Below, one piece after another: positions 63,001 through 64,000 of a DNA stretch of 64,000 nt. Numbering within the stretch: position 1 is the stretch's first letter; each line of letters opens with the position of its first letter. The DNA is taken from the NCBI RefSeq assembly GCF_963853765.1, contig NC_088854.1:1798001-1862000 (forward strand). Reading direction: 5' to 3'. Made by a program: the position numbers and the translations under genes. This stretch comes from Magallana gigas. Lineage: Eukaryota. The notes under the pieces were generated by a model. That model was not told the origin of the DNA. It searched no databases and saw only the letters and a list, made by a program, of their open reading frames with translations.

Positions 63001-63368
63001 CCTACACGATCAGGTCACATAATATAACACACTGACTGAGAAAGTCTGACACTGAGGGCATGTTTTCATACTGACAAACATAGGAATCAGAATGTGCACA
63101 GTGAGATCACGAAAGACCAAAACAATGAATCAGTCTGACATTATCATGATTTCCTCAGCAGACTGACTGAAATTGCATTTAGGATGAATTACTTATTGAA
63201 ATAAATATGGCTTATGTTTGGCTATTATTTTTAGGAAAGAGATGATGAGTTTGCCAATGAAGTAAGGATCCAAGATTCTGAGGATAAAGATGATGATACA
63301 GAATCACCCTACAAGAATGCTCCTGTACAAATACAGCTAGCTCCTAGTGAGACCAAGCCCTTCACAAG
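41588..63368 (+). CDS. PCM1: Pericentriolar material 1 protein (centriolar satellite scaffold); 33 coding exons in window (~1860 codons), 3'-incomplete
   Basis: Starts MATGG; has QIVGRLMQIRDYIKQA, KGRQAALLAIQ, MLREELRQKKRELEAIM, TMATWGGST, DFSLFETLRESIYSEVATLISQNENRPHFLIELF and PCM1_C-type PKIDTQQLDQQIKGIMKEVIP...CGEDLLVDMSEALFNELAFFKLM. Exons: 41588-41737, 42327-42563, 43182-43370, 43503-43601, 43717-43809, 44097-44228, 45425-45682, 46157-46261, 47106-47199, 47288-47412, 47839-48064, 48198-48339, 48475-48636, 48836-48991, 49195-49419, 50564-50687, 50925-51072, 53494-53671, 53952-54079, 54326-54499, 54697-54740, 55057-55234, 55338-55962, 56056-56105, 56273-56462, 56576-56816, 56949-57050, 57144-57335, 57831-57995, 58270-58505, 60002-60140, 60329-60478, 63235-63368; phases all compatible. 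Confidence 0.95.
44944..45006. repeat. (GA)n microsatellite
   Basis: GA run in a PCM1 intron. Confidence 0.97.
45636..46020 (+). repeat. 85-bp tandem repeat (about 5 copies) duplicating a PCM1 exon end and donor
   Basis: ATCCAG anchors at 45642, 45727, 45802, 45887, 45972. Confidence 0.92.
46371..46971. mobile_element. 601-bp MITE with 3-bp TTA TSD and G(G/A)CCA termini (Zator- or PIF/Harbinger-like)
   Basis: TTA|GACCATAAAAAAATTAATCTCTTGGTTCTCAGGCC and inverted GGCCTGAGAACCAAGGAATTAATCTTTAATGGCC|TTA. Confidence 0.75.
49445..50227. mobile_element. 783-bp MITE with TTAA TSD and RGTAGTCC termini (Kolobok-like)
   Basis: TTAA|AGTAGTCC at 49441 and GGACTACC|TTAA at 50228. Confidence 0.7.
51113..52015. 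repeat. 56-bp minisatellite, about 16 copies, starting 40 nt after a PCM1 donor
   Basis: Unit GTTGGCTAACACACACTAACCAGTGTCATGATATAGCCACACCAGTGTTTCTGTAT. Confidence 0.96.
52105..53458. mobile_element. 1354-bp non-autonomous DNA transposon, 13-bp perfect TIR CAGGGTTGGAAAT, 7-bp TSD TGATTAT (hAT/P-type)
   Basis: TGATTAT at 52098-52104 and 53459-53465; GC-rich subterminal GCCCG motifs. Confidence 0.85.
58487..59382 (+). repeat. 33-bp tandem repeat (about 27 copies) containing a PCM1 exon end and 5' splice site
   Basis: Unit AAATACGAGGGCAGAAA|GTAAGACAATCTGACA; remnant units at 59605-59660. Confidence 0.96.
59385..59602. mobile_element. 218-bp TA-TSD MITE (CTGTKGAATCATTA TIR) inserted in the 33-bp array
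   Basis: TA|CTGTGGAATCATTAGATTTCGTGG and CCACGAATTTTAATGATTCAACAG|TA; the array resumes afterwards. Confidence 0.85.
60480..62975. repeat. 15-bp C/A-rich minisatellite of about 2.4 kb (CAA[T/C]CTCACCC[C/G]AC[A/T])
   Basis: Begins directly after the donor AAG|GTACCTCACCCCACAC; regular from about 60598. Confidence 0.97.
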
Positions 63369-64000
63369 GTAACTCATTATATAACACCTGTACAATATCA
63401 CCTACACAGATACACCGGGTAACTCATCCAATAACACCTATAAAATATCGCCTGTACAGATACAGCTAGCTTCTAGTGAGACCAAGCCCTTCACAAGGTA
63501 ACTCATCATACAACACCTGTACAATATCACCTACACAGATACACCCGGTAACACATCATATAACACCTGTACAGTATCACCTGTACAGATACACCCGGTA
63601 ACTCATCATACAACACCTGTACAATATCACCTGTACAGATACACCCGGTAACTCATCATACAACACCTGTACAATATCACCTGTACAGATACACCCGGTA
63701 ACTCATCAAATAACACCTGCGCAGTATCACCTACACAGATACATTGGGTTACTCATCAAATAACACCTGTACAATATCACCTATACAGATACACCAGGTA
63801 ACTCATCAAATAACACCTGTACAGTATCACCTGTACAGATACACCCGGTAACTCATCAAATAACACCTGTACAATATCACCTATACAGATACACCAGGTA
63901 ACTCATCAAATAACACCTGTACAATATCACCTATACAGATACATTGGGTAACTCATCAAATAACACCTGCACAGTATCACCTACACAGATACATTGGGTA
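63369..64000 (+). repeat. 50-bp tandem array plus a duplicated PCM1 exon end and donor (63451-63506)
   Basis: Exon tail CCTGTACA(A/G)ATACAGCTAGC...CACAAG|GTAACTCAT is repeated 129 nt downstream; ACACCCGGTA period 50 (63541, 63591). Confidence 0.93.

Overview
AT-rich animal genomic DNA, most likely a bivalve mollusc such as an oyster (inferred from base composition and MITE/SINE repertoire, not proven), with one 135-N assembly gap. Six protein-coding genes were reconstructed by hand with frame-consistent splice sites: (1) a complete 3-Ig-domain type I membrane receptor (+, 755-4406); (2,3) two tandem F-box/LRR genes with single-exon CDSs and an FBXL3/FBXL21-like C-terminus (-, 5187-6632 and 8164-9576); (4) a 13-exon, ~573-aa type I membrane protein with an uncharacterised 'integrin beta-like/Sib-like' ectodomain and 2 EGF repeats, needing two GC-AG introns (-, 13949-22186); (5) TRAPPC2/sedlin with a U12-type intron (-, 29048-31414); (6) PCM1, 33 exons in the window and running off the right edge (+, from 41588). 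The rest holds many small non-autonomous DNA transposons with readable TIRs/TSDs, a SINE, a decayed LINE and many minisatellites. Most unusual: a 3.4-kb Foldback-type element with a 9-bp TSD whose arms are inverted arrays of an 86-bp palindrome-containing unit, and a pattern in PCM1 where tandem arrays start at or copy exon/intron donor junctions, creating decoy splice sites. All long repetitive ORFs in the track are repeat artefacts. Homology statements come from recalled family motifs; no searches were run.
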